Shown here: piece after piece, positions 50,643 to 60,835 of the stretch
Numbering within the stretch: position 1 is the stretch's first letter
Layout of the letters: each line of letters opens with the position of its first letter
Assembly: GCA_965219345.1 (NCBI GenBank)
Contig: OZ244732.1
Location: 736,001-800,000, forward strand
Origin: Nitrosopumilus sp.
Lineage (GTDB): Archaea; Thermoproteota; Nitrososphaeria; Nitrososphaerales; Nitrosopumilaceae
Direction of reading: 5' to 3'
Length of the DNA stretch: 64,000 nucleotides
The notes under the pieces: generated by a model
What the model saw: the letters and a program-made list of their open reading frames with translations, nothing else
Databases searched by the model: none
Told to the model about the DNA's origin: nothing
Translations under genes and position numbers: made by a program

Positions 50643-51659
50643 TTGATCACTCTTTCTGATTTGCAAAAGTTTGATTCCGAGCAGATGTATGGGGTATATG
50701 ACAGGTGGAATGCTATTTCAAGTGAATCTTACAACAATGATTTTGATGTAGTTGATTTTTCTGACATTGATAATGTTATCTTTGCAGGAATGGGAGGATC
50801 CGGCGCGATTGGCGACTTGTTTTCAGCCATACTATCAAACACTGACATTCATGTGTCGGCAACCAAAGGCTATCATATTCCAAAGACTGTAGACTCCAAA
50901 TCACTGGTAATTACTACTAGCATCTCTGGAAATACTGATGAAACACTATCTGTTTTAGAGTCTGCAAAAAAAACAGACTGCAAGCTGGTTGCATTTTCTT
51001 CTGGCGGAAAGATGGAGTCGTTTTGTTTGAACAATTCTATAGAGTACAGAAAAATTCCTATGATTCATTCTCCCAGGGCATCATTTACCGCCTATCTCTA
51101 TTCGATGCTAAGAATTCTGGAGACTGTTATTCCTGTCTCAAAACATGACATTGATGAGTCCATCAAAAAAATGGATGATATGTGCACCAAAATATCTTCT
51201 AACAATCTAACTGAAAGCAATCCCTCACTGTCTTTAGCGGAACGGATTGATGGAATTCCTTTAATTTACTATCCGTGGGGCTTACAACCATCTGCAATTC
51301 GTTTTAAAAATTCGCTACAAGAAAATTCAAAAATACATGCGATCGCCGAAGACGTAGTTGAGGCATGTCACAACGGAATTGTTTCATGGGAGACTGACTC
51401 TAACGTTGTTCCAATTTTGTTGAGAGGAACGGATGATTATGTCAAAACCAAAGAAAGATGGGAAATTCTGAAAGAATACTTTGATTCAGCTGATATTTCA
51501 TACAAAGAAATCTTTAGTGTTGAGGGAAACATACTATCAAAACTGATCAATCTGATATACTTGCTTGACTATTCCACCATATACTTGTCAGTCAAACGAC
51601 AAGTAAACCCGTCAACTGTAGACTCTATAACATTTGTCAAGGAACGTCTGCGATTATGA
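50643..51659 (+). CDS. bifunctional phosphoglucose/phosphomannose isomerase (SIS)
   Basis: GMGGSG, SISGNTDET, SSGGK, PRAS, RFKNSLQENSK, EACHN. Confidence 0.88.
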   Translation: MITLSDLQKFDSEQMYGVYDRWNAISSESYNNDFDVVDFSDIDNVIFAGMGGSGAIGDLFSAILSNTDIHVSATKGYHIPKTVDSKSLVITTSISGNTDETLSVLESAKKTDCKLVAFSSGGKMESFCLNNSIEYRKIPMIHSPRASFTAYLYSMLRILETVIPVSKHDIDESIKKMDDMCTKISSNNLTESNPSLSLAERIDGIPLIYYPWGLQPSAIRFKNSLQENSKIHAIAEDVVEACHNGIVSWETDSNVVPILLRGTDDYVKTKERWEILKEYFDSADISYKEIFSVEGNILSKLINLIYLLDYSTIYLSVKRQVNPSTVDSITFVKERLRL

Positions 51660-51824
51660 TATCTTGATTACCTTACCTCACAAAGAAATTCAAATACTTT
51701 GCAAACCGTCAAGACCATGTGAGATTTTGCATAGTGCTGCGGATATTACTCTTGCAAAAACCAATCTAGGATTTGCCCCAAAATTTCCTTGAAAAGTGGA
51801 TTAGAACGATTCTTATCCGAAAAA

Positions 51825-51903
51825 TACACTGTAACATCTTCGAGGGTTTTCATCGATTTCAAATTGCTGTTACATTCGAGGGCCGGGGTGTTACGTTAGA
51901 GGG
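51825..51903 (+). repeat. ~78-bp direct repeat, copy 1, with internal GTTAC.TT.GAGGG sub-repeats
   Basis: near-identical copy at 55419-55495. Confidence 0.8.
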
Positions 51904-51949
51904 GATTCTGTGTAACCTTCGACAGGTGAAATATGAATTTTATTCAAAA

Positions 51950-52025
51950 TGGAGGCAGAAGGATTTGAACCTTCGAACCCCCAGTTACGAATCCGGGTGC
52001 CTTATCCAAGCTAGACTGTGCCCCC
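51950..52025 (-). tRNA. atypical tRNA / tRNA-like gene with 8-nt anticodon loop (Arg-TCG or Thr-CGT-like)
   Basis: acceptor GGGGGCA/TGCCTCC, D-arm GTCT/AGGC with GGATA loop, anticodon stem CCCGG/CTGGG with loop ATTCGTAA, T-arm GAAGG-TTCAAAT-CCTTC; C at position 8. Confidence 0.7.
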
Positions 52026-52032
52026 AAAATTG

Positions 52033-52135
52033 AAAAAAACCCCCCATTTTCGTAAACAGACAATGATGCATTACATTGTCCAATGGGGGCTTGTTTATCC
52101 TAACCGAGGATCGACAAGGAAGAATAGACTTCATT
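52033..52135 (-). ncRNA. candidate structured RNA directly upstream of the tRNA-like gene
   Basis: hairpins CTTGT-ATCCT/AGGAT-ACAAG and CCCCCATT-GACAATG/CATTGTC-AATGGGGG followed by T7; TTTTTATA box at 52154-52161. Confidence 0.45.
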
Positions 52136-52169
52136 GTTAATTGAAAAAAATCCTATAAAAATTTTAATG

Positions 52170-52235
52170 TCAATGTTTGCTCAGTGAGGCATTCTGAATA
52201 ATGGTCTTCCACTTGTTCTTACCATCAACATCAAC
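52170..52235 (-). pseudogene. 3' remnant of IS6-family transposase
   Basis: translates VDVDGKNKWKTIIQNASLSKH*, matching the C-terminus of the 11982-13109 transposase. Confidence 0.75.
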
Positions 52236-52237
52236 CA

Positions 52238-52686
52238 TTGAAGCTTGAGCTGGAGTCTTGCCTTTCAATGCACGGCAAAAAACGAATTGAGAAAAGAAGT
52301 AAAGAGGATGCATTGAGTATTTTGACTGAGGGTTATATGGTAATGGAGAGAGGGATAAAGCTGTTTGATCAGATTAGTAAAAAGAAACTGTCAGTCATCA
52401 CGGAGGGAAACAACACCGAATACATCAAAAAGGCCATAGAACTACTCGCCGGAGAATGCACCGATCGGGTAGATGTGATTGATGGTGCTGAGGGTAGCAC
52501 GGAAATCAATCAACTAAAAACATTGTTTAAGTTTTTCAAGAAAGTCCCACATGACAACAAGGTTCTTTTTGTATGGGTTGTGAGGTGAATATAACTTCAA
52601 TGGAAAGCGATGAAAAAACACATGCATACAAGTTTGAAAAAAACGATTCTAACACAATTGCTACAAAGGGGATTGAGAATAATTTT
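52238..52686 (+). pseudogene. TOPRIM (OLD-like) nuclease fragment
   Basis: VITEGNN..YIKKA, VLFVW(D)CE after a frameshift, IATKGIEN; cut by IS1595. Confidence 0.55.
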
Positions 52687-53591
52687 GGGTGATTATCAAT
52701 CATTCACCACCAGTACATAATCAGGCAATAATGAGAAAGTGTCCTCATCTCTATTGTTGTATCTCCATTCCCTCTCCTTGATGTACAACAGAAACTTTTC
52801 AGAGCCAACACCGTGATGCTTGCCGTTCTCTCTTTTGCAAAACTCCAAAAACCTTCAGTTCCGTTGATGCAGGCATCGCCTTTTCCAAACATCCTACTGT
52901 GATTAGCTGACAGATGACGATAACCATGAAACATCAATGAGTCATAACCTTCCCACTTGTCTGTATACGCAATGCTTCCTTTCCTTACTTTCTTGATGGT
53001 TCCAGCAAGAAGTGTCCTGGCTTTCACATTTGTGACAATCTCAACGTGAACCCTTCCCTTTCTCTCTAGAATTCCAAATACAATTGCCTCGTTTTTGGCA
53101 CCACGTCCACGATCTCCCTTCCCTTTGCCTCCAAAATACGCGCCTCATCAGCCCCAATTTTGCCCTTTGGTTTTTGTCTGACTTCAAGATGGCATGACAT
53201 GGAAAGCGTATACAATCAGATGCATTTAGTGCAGTAGGATAACTGACATCTGCCTCTCTTGCTGCACGTCTTGCACTAATCCCAGGATCAAAGAGTCTGA
53301 TTAGAATCAACCATTTTGTAAAACCAACATTGACTGTATCCAACCATGTTCCACCAAACGGCCTGTAATCTATTTTACAATCTTCGCATCTTAATTTTCC
53401 TCTTAATATGATGTAATACTTTTTGGAACCACATGAGGTACAACGAACTGTATTTTTCTTTTGGAATTCCTTACAGGGAAATTCCAATGCAGTTGATTTG
53501 TTGTAAATTATTTTGGATAATTCAATCAAGTTGATTGCTTTTCCCAATAATTGTGTGAAATCAGTTGGCGGTAACAGGTTTACAATCACCT
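52687..53591 (-). mobile_element. IS1595-family element, degenerate transposase
   Basis: CTSCG/CEDC Zn ribbon, GISARRAA HTH, frameshifted ADEAYFGG, YTDKW, INGTEGFWS; short GGTGATT/AATCACC termini. Confidence 0.8.
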
Positions 53592-53930
53592 ATTGTTTTA
53601 TGACGCGTGATGATAATGATTAGCATTGTAATCAGTACTTGGGAAAGTAACCAGCCAACATCTCCCAAATGGTATTCTGATTTACTTTTCTTAAAGAAAT
53701 CTACAACGATAATGCCAAAGATGCATTTGAGAATTTCAATTGTGATGATTGGATTTGCATGTGAGATGGAATAATTATTTCTTAACATACAATTTGCAAT
53801 TATCCATGCATTAAACAAAATCAACGGATAAAAAAAGTATAAAAATCTCATACTATGATTCCTACTGCAAGTTCTTGGTCTGAATTTTCTAACACATACA
53901 TAACCCGTTTCTATTCCACAACATGTAGAA
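53592..53930 (-). pseudogene. C-terminal fragment of IS4-like (ISH3-type) transposase
   Basis: GIETGY...FRPRTCSRNHSMRFLYF...FNAW. Confidence 0.6.
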
Positions 53931-54202
53931 TTTTTAATGTGTGCAAAAGTAACATCATAATAATTCACATTTGATGGAGCAGTACACCCCCATCAAGCTT
54001 TTTCTATCATGATTATTCTATCAAATGATCAAAAATTGGTTTTTTAGGATAATTGGAGTTGCTTTCCCAAGTACTGGTAATACGATCGGAATAATTAATG
54101 AAGTTAATCAAAAAAAATATTTATGGCAAAAAACTAAGGCTAAAAAATTGAGTTTATCATAATTTTCAAAATAATCGATCAGGTCAATTGTGTGAATACA
54201 AG

Positions 54203-55342
54203 TTATTCAGGTAATAACTCAGGATATGCCACAAAGAGTTCATCCAGATATGGTTGTGGAAAATCATTATTTACAATATGCTGATAACGCATTTCATTTG
54301 GAAATGGTAATTGCAATAACCATGTAGCATAGTCATCCATATCAGGCGGATTGCCTTGCGGTGGTGTTGGATTGTATCCAAGATCTGGTCTGTTTTGATC
54401 TACCCATGTTTGATTGTAAACTGGTATTGGATCTGAAAGAGCAAAGTTAGAACGAATGTTTGCTAACATTGATTCATGGTATGTGTAATCATCTGCAGAC
54501 CAATTAGCTGTTTTAGTATCTGTATCATACATATCGGTCATACCATCATGTATGGCAATTGTTCTAGTAACACCAATTATATTTCCAGGTGAAATGTATA
54601 GTTCTGCTATCTGGTCACCAAATCTAGGTTGCTCTATTTTCATAGTGATGATTTCTTGTTGGGGACCTGTGTTGTCAAATTCATAAGGAATTACACCCTC
54701 ATTACGCAATACAGGTGGAGAAATATCCCATCGCTCTTGATGTGCTTCATTGACGTAACGCTGATCAAGTATTTTTACAAATGATGGAGAACGAATTAGA
54801 ATTTCATTTTTTAAACAAGATTCATGGTATTGTGCTGGATCAAATATTTCATCTGGATCTTCATATCCAGCATCAATATCAGGCATTACATAAGAATAAT
54901 CAATGATTATATCAAACTCTTCACCAACAGGCACTTGGCTTGGAGTATCAATCGTATATGTTGGTAAATTTGTTGGACATCCATAAGTCATGCTAGATGA
55001 AAATGATGAAGTTGAATTAGATACAATGCTAGATGAATGAGTAATTATTCGTTCATTAGATAATACAATAGAAATACCAGATTCATGAATTTCAGGAGTT
55101 ATAATTTCTTCAGACACATTATGTGGAATTATCTTCCAATTTAATTTGTCTGCGGTTCTTTCAGTAACACATGCAGGTTGTCCATTTGTACGAATGGTTA
55201 AAACCAGATTTTCTTTACAGATTACATTTTCAGGGGCAATTCCAGATTCTAATTGATGTTTAGGACTATCAATGGATGAAGAAAATGCCATAGAAGATGA
55301 TACAATAAAAAGTAGAGGTATCAAAAGCAATATTTTATTCAT
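54203..55342 (-). CDS. secreted hypothetical protein with thaumarchaeal SPxxQ...C...PACV domain
   Basis: signal peptide; SPKHQLESGIAPENVICKENLVL...PACV. Confidence 0.75.
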   Translation of the reverse strand: MNKILLLIPLLFIVSSSMAFSSSIDSPKHQLESGIAPENVICKENLVLTIRTNGQPACVTERTADKLNWKIIPHNVSEEIITPEIHESGISIVLSNERIITHSSSIVSNSTSSFSSSMTYGCPTNLPTYTIDTPSQVPVGEEFDIIIDYSYVMPDIDAGYEDPDEIFDPAQYHESCLKNEILIRSPSFVKILDQRYVNEAHQERWDISPPVLRNEGVIPYEFDNTGPQQEIITMKIEQPRFGDQIAELYISPGNIIGVTRTIAIHDGMTDMYDTDTKTANWSADDYTYHESMLANIRSNFALSDPIPVYNQTWVDQNRPDLGYNPTPPQGNPPDMDDYATWLLQLPFPNEMRYQHIVNNDFPQPYLDELFVAYPELLPE

Positions 55343-55418
55343 TTATGACTACATTCTATTGTTTTAAGTTAAAAAAAGTAACTATACTTTACGCTGTTCC
55401 AAATTCTGTACATTTGAG

Positions 55419-55495
55419 TACACTAACATCTTCGAGGGTTTTCATCGATTTCAGATTACTGTTACATTCGAGGGCTAGAGTGTTACGTTAGAGGG
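55419..55495 (+). repeat. ~78-bp direct repeat, copy 2
   Basis: matches 51825-51903. Confidence 0.8.
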
Positions 55496-55747
55496 CTAGT
55501 CTACAGCTAGCTCAAATGTGCCTTTTTTGCCGTCAATTATTATCTCGTCATTTTCCACAAATTGATGCTTTTCATACAACTGAGTCAGTATTATGCAGTC
55601 CTTGTTATTTACCTTCATGTCACAGGTTTTCCCCTTAAATTTCAGCTTGAAAATCTCATCTTTCGCAGGAAACTCATCCCTGATTGATTTTGGCAGGACC
55701 TACATACTTGTATTTGGCCTCACTTGCAGACAGATTCTTTACAAACT

Positions 55748-56460
55748 TCAAAGCACCTTCTCCCTGTTTGTGAAGCATGAATCAAGCTTGTCTGGCAGTA
55801 CCCTAAATCCTGTTCCATGATCATGAGGTCTTCCGTCTGGATATTGTCCAATTCTAATATCTACAAGAATTTTCCCATCTTTGAGTAGTTTGATGAAATT
55901 ATCAAAATCAACTCCGTGCATCATCCAAGCCTCATTGAAATGAAATTCTTCGTCTTTGCCACTTCCTCTACAATCTGCCTTGACATACAACAAGTTTCTA
56001 GGATACTTTCGATTAAATGCTTTTTCTAGTTCTTGTTTTTCCCAGTATGGACTAGGCATTGTACCACAATCAGAATGAGTAATCTCTACTATATTATCAT
56101 GAACATCTAATCTTGAATCCGTCTTTGCTATAAAGGGTGTTCTTTGATACTGCGTTTAGTGTTGTGTGTAGCTTTTTTCTGTCATTTTTTGAAGGGCGGC
56201 CAAACTTTTTGCAATAGTTTTGTGTTAACTTTTTCAGGCATTGGTGATTTTGTAAACAATGTAAACATATTAGAAGATCCTTTTCTTGCTGACTTTAGTT
56301 CTGTTTGGTGTCCGTTTGGCCCTGCAATGTTATTTTCCTCAATTCCTAGCAAGTCCTCTAATGTCTTGCCGATACCTGTGTTTCCGCCTCTATGGGTTTT
56401 GATGAATCCTTGGTTTTCTATTTTCTTTAGATCATCTACGAGTTCACTGTATTTTTTCAC
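55748..56460 (-). pseudogene. MvaI/BcnI-family restriction endonuclease, two frameshifts
   Basis: GNTGIGKTLEDLLGIEENN, ELKSARK, TLFT, LLYVKAD, HDHGTGFR in different frames. Confidence 0.85.
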
Positions 56461-56567
56461 AAATCGAATCTGTATTGCATGATAATAACAATTTCCTAAC
56501 AATGTCTATAAAGATGGAAGTTTATCTCTACAATTGTCATCTAGTGATTAAAACAATCATTGTGTTG

Positions 56568-56873
56568 CTATTGTAAACCAATCTCTACAGGCATTATGTT
56601 CTTGACCAATTCTGATTTTATTTTTGTTTTTTCAACAACTTCAAACATTTTTTTTATGTCGGATGGCACATTAACCTCTAAAACCTTACAGTCTTGTTTT
56701 TCTTTATGTTTCAAGTATTCATGTGCAAAAGATCGACTTATTGATCTTATGCCAGTGAAATCCAATAACACTTGATCCTTATTTTCAAAATCCTCTGCCT
56801 TGAATATGTTTGAAACCATATTTCGTAGGGATAAATCTTCAGAGACTCTATCCTTTAACAGTAATATGATCAT
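56568..56873 (-). CDS. STAS-like (DUF4325-type) protein
   Basis: VLLDFTGIRSISRSFAHEY. Confidence 0.75.
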   Translation of the reverse strand: MIILLLKDRVSEDLSLRNMVSNIFKAEDFENKDQVLLDFTGIRSISRSFAHEYLKHKEKQDCKVLEVNVPSDIKKMFEVVEKTKIKSELVKNIMPVEIGLQ

Positions 56874-56915
56874 TTGTTATCTATCCTATAGAATATAATC
56901 ATATTATAAAATACT

Positions 56916-57704
56916 TTATTCAACATAATCATAAATATTGATTGTAGGCGTCCCTTTTGGGATTCTAACTGTGATTAATGTTCCACTTAAACCCCCAGTA
57001 TCAGTCAATCTGTATAAATTATCTGCATCACTATCAATGTGAACTGCTCCATTTCCAGATACAATAAAAAATTTAGCATTAAGCCCTTTTGTAAACAAAT
57101 TAAGCGAAGTTCTTAAACCAAATCCTCGATCTTCGTCTTTAGTTGAAACACCGTTTAATGCTTCACGTATTGCATAACTCGCTTCGTGATTGAAACCTTT
57201 TTCTTTGAAAGTTTGTGGTATGGTTATTCCATTATCATAAAAAGATAGATCAATGAAATCTTTGCGATCATAACGCTGTCCCATGATTAATACTCTAGTG
57301 AATTGTGAATGTTGGTATATGTTATCCACTAATTCACTGACAACATACTTGAATGCTGATTCTCCACCAAAATCATGAGGATTTCTTTGCATATCAAATA
57401 TTTTCTTCAGATGCAACTCTACATCATCATAATTGGAAGGCAATTCTACAATTGGAGTGTAGGTCTTATTGAAATTGGATGATGATGAATTTATTATCGT
57501 GTTAATGTAATTTGCAACTGGATAATTCGTAGGTTCAATATATTTATCCCTATTTTCGATAATCAATTCACTTAATGGAAGAAGGGTAGTAGGATGGATG
57601 AAATATATTGCACTTAAATCTAATTTGTCATCTTTGTCAAAATTGCATTTATGGTTGATGTATTCAATATACTCTGAAACTAAATTTGGATACTGAGCTG
57701 ACAT
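56916..57704 (-). CDS. GHKL/HATPase-domain protein (anti-sigma kinase-like)
   Basis: ELVDNIYQHS N-box, DNGITIP, GVSTK, RGFGL, GTLI. Confidence 0.85.
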   Translation of the reverse strand: MSAQYPNLVSEYIEYINHKCNFDKDDKLDLSAIYFIHPTTLLPLSELIIENRDKYIEPTNYPVANYINTIINSSSSNFNKTYTPIVELPSNYDDVELHLKKIFDMQRNPHDFGGESAFKYVVSELVDNIYQHSQFTRVLIMGQRYDRKDFIDLSFYDNGITIPQTFKEKGFNHEASYAIREALNGVSTKDEDRGFGLRTSLNLFTKGLNAKFFIVSGNGAVHIDSDADNLYRLTDTGGLSGTLITVRIPKGTPTINIYDYVE

Positions 57705-57753
57705 CTTCTATGTTTGTGATGTTTTCCAATATATAATGATCAATAATTTCAAT

Positions 57754-59073
57754 TCAATACCTCATAAGAATTACACTTTCCCGCGTCATCGTATCGCCTG
57801 TATCTTTTGATATGTTCTCTGGTGCATTCTTTGATGGCATTGCCTTGTTTGGTATGCCTCTTTGGATTATCTTGTCAACCTTGAATCCGTACTTGCCCCC
57901 CAATTCCATAGTGATCAGGTCAGTTGGCATTACAACACGTCTCACTGTTCTGTTTGCAACTACAAAACAACAATGACTATTTTTTGGTACTAGATTATGT
58001 GATATTTCATCGAGACATTTATCAAGATCATAAAAGAACGAATAAACTGCTTCTGCTCTGCATGGTTTTTTGTTCTTTGTTAGCTCAATGTCGTTTTTTC
58101 TAACCTTGTCTAATGTATTATTCAATATTTCAGAACCCAAGTCATTACCTATTTTGTATCTTCCACCCAAACCTACTTTGTCAACTGCCAAAGCCTGTTC
58201 TTCTGGCAGTTCAAGCCAGAGACTAGAGTGTTTTGAGAACTGGCCATAAGCTACAGTAGTTCCATGATCACCATAAGGAGGAGAAGTAACAACAAGATGA
58301 TCTTTTTTGTCTTGCAATATATCATCATCAATCTTTGAGAAATTTTCCGTAATGTCTCGTGAATCTCCAAGCAATACGTGAGACTGCCCTTTGGGCATTG
58401 CATTAATCATATCGTTCATCTTGCTTATGTTGTCTTGTGCGATTTGTCTGAAAATTTCTATTGGTTTTGGATTGAATGCCACTCTATCAGAATCTGACAT
58501 TTTGTGAATCTTCCAAGCACCATTACGCTGATAGCTTGACTTTCTAATTGTCAATGAAAGGCATATCTTGAAAAAATCTCTTACATCTTTGTCTCTGATC
58601 TGAAATATATTATGTTTTAGAATGGCAAGTGTCTTTGTCGTATCTGGCTTATACCAATTATCAAGATCTAGTTTATCTGGCAAACACTCTGAATGATAAT
58701 CAGAATCAAGATAGTCTCTTGCAGAATTGCTCAATATTTTCTTTAGTGCCTTGTTTAGGTCTTTGTGTATCGGTGTTGTCTTGACCTTTGATAGTAAAAC
58801 AGCAAACGGGTTTATGTCAATTTCGACAGCTTGGTTTCCGTGTAATATAGATTCTAGCAACACACCGCCAGAACCCATGAAGGGGTCAAAGACTACGTCT
58901 GTTTTGTTCTTGGCATACTTTGCGATAACTCGTTTTGCAATCTCTGGATGTATCCTTGCAGGATAAAGATACAAAGCATGTGTGTAATTTTTTGTACTTT
59001 TATCTAAAAAAGTCCATTCTGTTTTTTGCAATTGCTTGTTGTACAGATATTCAGTATTTGTGATTTGTGCCAT
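57754..59073 (-). CDS. N4-cytosine DNA methyltransferase, alpha class (M.MvaI-like)
   Basis: YPAR, FDPFMGSG precedes VTSPPYGD; TVAYGQFS; cognate to the MvaI-like REase. Confidence 0.88.
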   Translation of the reverse strand: MAQITNTEYLYNKQLQKTEWTFLDKSTKNYTHALYLYPARIHPEIAKRVIAKYAKNKTDVVFDPFMGSGGVLLESILHGNQAVEIDINPFAVLLSKVKTTPIHKDLNKALKKILSNSARDYLDSDYHSECLPDKLDLDNWYKPDTTKTLAILKHNIFQIRDKDVRDFFKICLSLTIRKSSYQRNGAWKIHKMSDSDRVAFNPKPIEIFRQIAQDNISKMNDMINAMPKGQSHVLLGDSRDITENFSKIDDDILQDKKDHLVVTSPPYGDHGTTVAYGQFSKHSSLWLELPEEQALAVDKVGLGGRYKIGNDLGSEILNNTLDKVRKNDIELTKNKKPCRAEAVYSFFYDLDKCLDEISHNLVPKNSHCCFVVANRTVRRVVMPTDLITMELGGKYGFKVDKIIQRGIPNKAMPSKNAPENISKDTGDTMTRESVILMRY

Positions 59074-59280
59074 AATGCGATCACCTATTTTTTGACTGGC
59101 TTTACGTTGATTAGGTTCTGTCAACTTAACGGGTGTCAGGCACAAATCTTCTGCCTGTCAAAACTCGGGACACATGGTTAGGTAATATGTCAAATTTTCT
59201 CGATAAATTGCCATATGATCAGCGATCTAAAGCAAAAGATCGGATGTACGTTTATTATCAAAATCAAGGAGGCTCAAATC

Positions 59281-59739
59281 ATGATTAAAACTAAATCCAT
59301 TTACAAGCCAGTTGAAGAAGAAGATGGACTTCGAGTCTTAATTACAAGATGGTATCCAAGAGGTGTTAAAAGAGACAAATATGATATTTGGGTACGAGAA
59401 TTAGCTCCAAGTCCAGAACTTTTAAAAAAATATAAAAATTCTGAAATTAAATGGAATGATTTTACAATATCTTTATTGTCAGAATTACGAGATAGTATTG
59501 ATAGTATTGAAGCTATACATGCACTACAAACACAAAGTCATATGCAAAATGTAACTCTGCTTTGTTATGAAAAGGATGGGGAACCATGTCATAGACACAT
59601 GGTTAGAGATTTGATTGAAGCACCATCATTGTTACCATCATTGTTACAATCATCGTTTGAACCTATACACACTGATCACCATGAATTTACTCCTATGCAG
59701 GAACATGTTCCCGACGAGGAGTGTCTTGTCGTACCCTGA
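59281..59739 (+). CDS. DUF488 family protein
   Basis: DGLRVLITRWYPRGV, WVRELAPSPEL, VTLLCYE..CHR. Confidence 0.85.
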   Translation: MIKTKSIYKPVEEEDGLRVLITRWYPRGVKRDKYDIWVRELAPSPELLKKYKNSEIKWNDFTISLLSELRDSIDSIEAIHALQTQSHMQNVTLLCYEKDGEPCHRHMVRDLIEAPSLLPSLLQSSFEPIHTDHHEFTPMQEHVPDEECLVVP

Positions 59740-60057
59740 ATCATTTATGTGTAATCCTTCAAGAATTACTTCTTTTTTCCAAGGATATTTTCTAATACCT
59801 TCATATATTCCCCATTCTAAAATTTGTTGATCATGAGGATTTTTTGATTTACAACTTGAGCATCTATATTTCATACGTGGTTGAACATCATAATTATGAA
59901 TAGTTAGAAAAGGTTCTTCACTAAAGAGATTTTTTTGAACTGTTACTTCTTGTTCATTCCTTTTTACAAATCTAGTACTGCATTCTTGAGGTTTGATAAA
60001 TCCTAAACTTTTATTGTCTGCATAAATATGATGCTTCTGGATTATTTCAACAAACCA
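59650..60057 (-). pseudogene. 5'-truncated hypothetical protein convergent with DUF488
   Basis: SLGFIKP, YRC..C..HDQQILEWGIYE, LLVGN..FMVISV; 5' end replaced by an IS6 fragment. Confidence 0.55.
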
Positions 60058-60448
60058 AAGAAATTGCAGGAACAAAACCCAAAGTGATAATCACAGACGG
60101 TTTACATTCTTATGCAAGGCATACCGTAAGGAGTTTTGGACACAAGAAAGAAGATACAGAACATTACACATTAAACATATTCATCTTAAAGGTGATATGA
60201 ATAACAATAAACAGGAACGATTTAACGGTGAATTTCGTGACCGTGAGAAGGTAATGCGTGGAATAAAGAAAACAGATTCAGCAATGTTTGATGGATATCA
60301 AATCTATCACAACTATGTACGCCCACATATGGGATTAAATGGTAAAACTCCTGCCGAGGTTTGTGGCATTGATGTTAAAGGAATTAACAAATGGCTTACA
60401 TTGATACAAAATGCAAGTAAGAATGATTATACAAAATCTGTGTTCTAA
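60058..60448 (+). pseudogene. IS6-family transposase C-terminal fragment
   Basis: KPKVIITDGL (frameshift) then NNNKQERFNGEFRDRE, YHNYVRPH, KWLTLIQNAS. Confidence 0.85.
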
Positions 60449-60457
60449 ATAATTAAT

Positions 60458-60745
60458 TTATTTTTTAAGAACTGCAAGACCTAATGCAATTCCTCCTAAT
60501 ACTCCACCACCGATAATCAAAGCTTTTCCTAAATCACTTTTCCATACATGCTTTGCAAATTCTGTGACAGATTCGTATGGATCATGTTCATCATAGTGTG
60601 TTGCACAATTTCCAGTTTTGGAATCGCATTCTGCATGTAAATGACCATTTCTGAAATGAACTTTGTCCAGTTTTTCTCCTACTGATGGTTTCCAATTAAG
60701 ATTATTTTGATAATCTTCAATCCTCATATTCCTATAAGGAAACAC
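60458..60745 (-). CDS. hypothetical protein with C-terminal Gly-rich TM helix
   Basis: HYDEHDP..H motif; GGGVLGGIALG tail. Confidence 0.55.
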   Translation of the reverse strand: MFPYRNMRIEDYQNNLNWKPSVGEKLDKVHFRNGHLHAECDSKTGNCATHYDEHDPYESVTEFAKHVWKSDLGKALIIGGGVLGGIALGLAVLKK

Positions 60746-60835
60746 TAGAATTTAAGAGATCTAAATAATATAATAACCTAGAAATATTTTAGGAACAAAG
60801 TCCTTAAGTTTGAGTTTAACGCAATAACTAAAGTT

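Noticed and set aside
52033-52686. Retron (structured RNA plus TOPRIM effector)
   Set aside because: No reverse transcriptase in the window; the RNA and the TOPRIM fragment are on opposite strands and separated by an IS6 stub.
55497-55745. Small frameshifted ORF downstream of the MvaI-like REase (LPKSIRDEFPAKDEIFK...)
   Set aside because: Looks protein-like, but it is fragmented and I cannot assign a family or boundaries.
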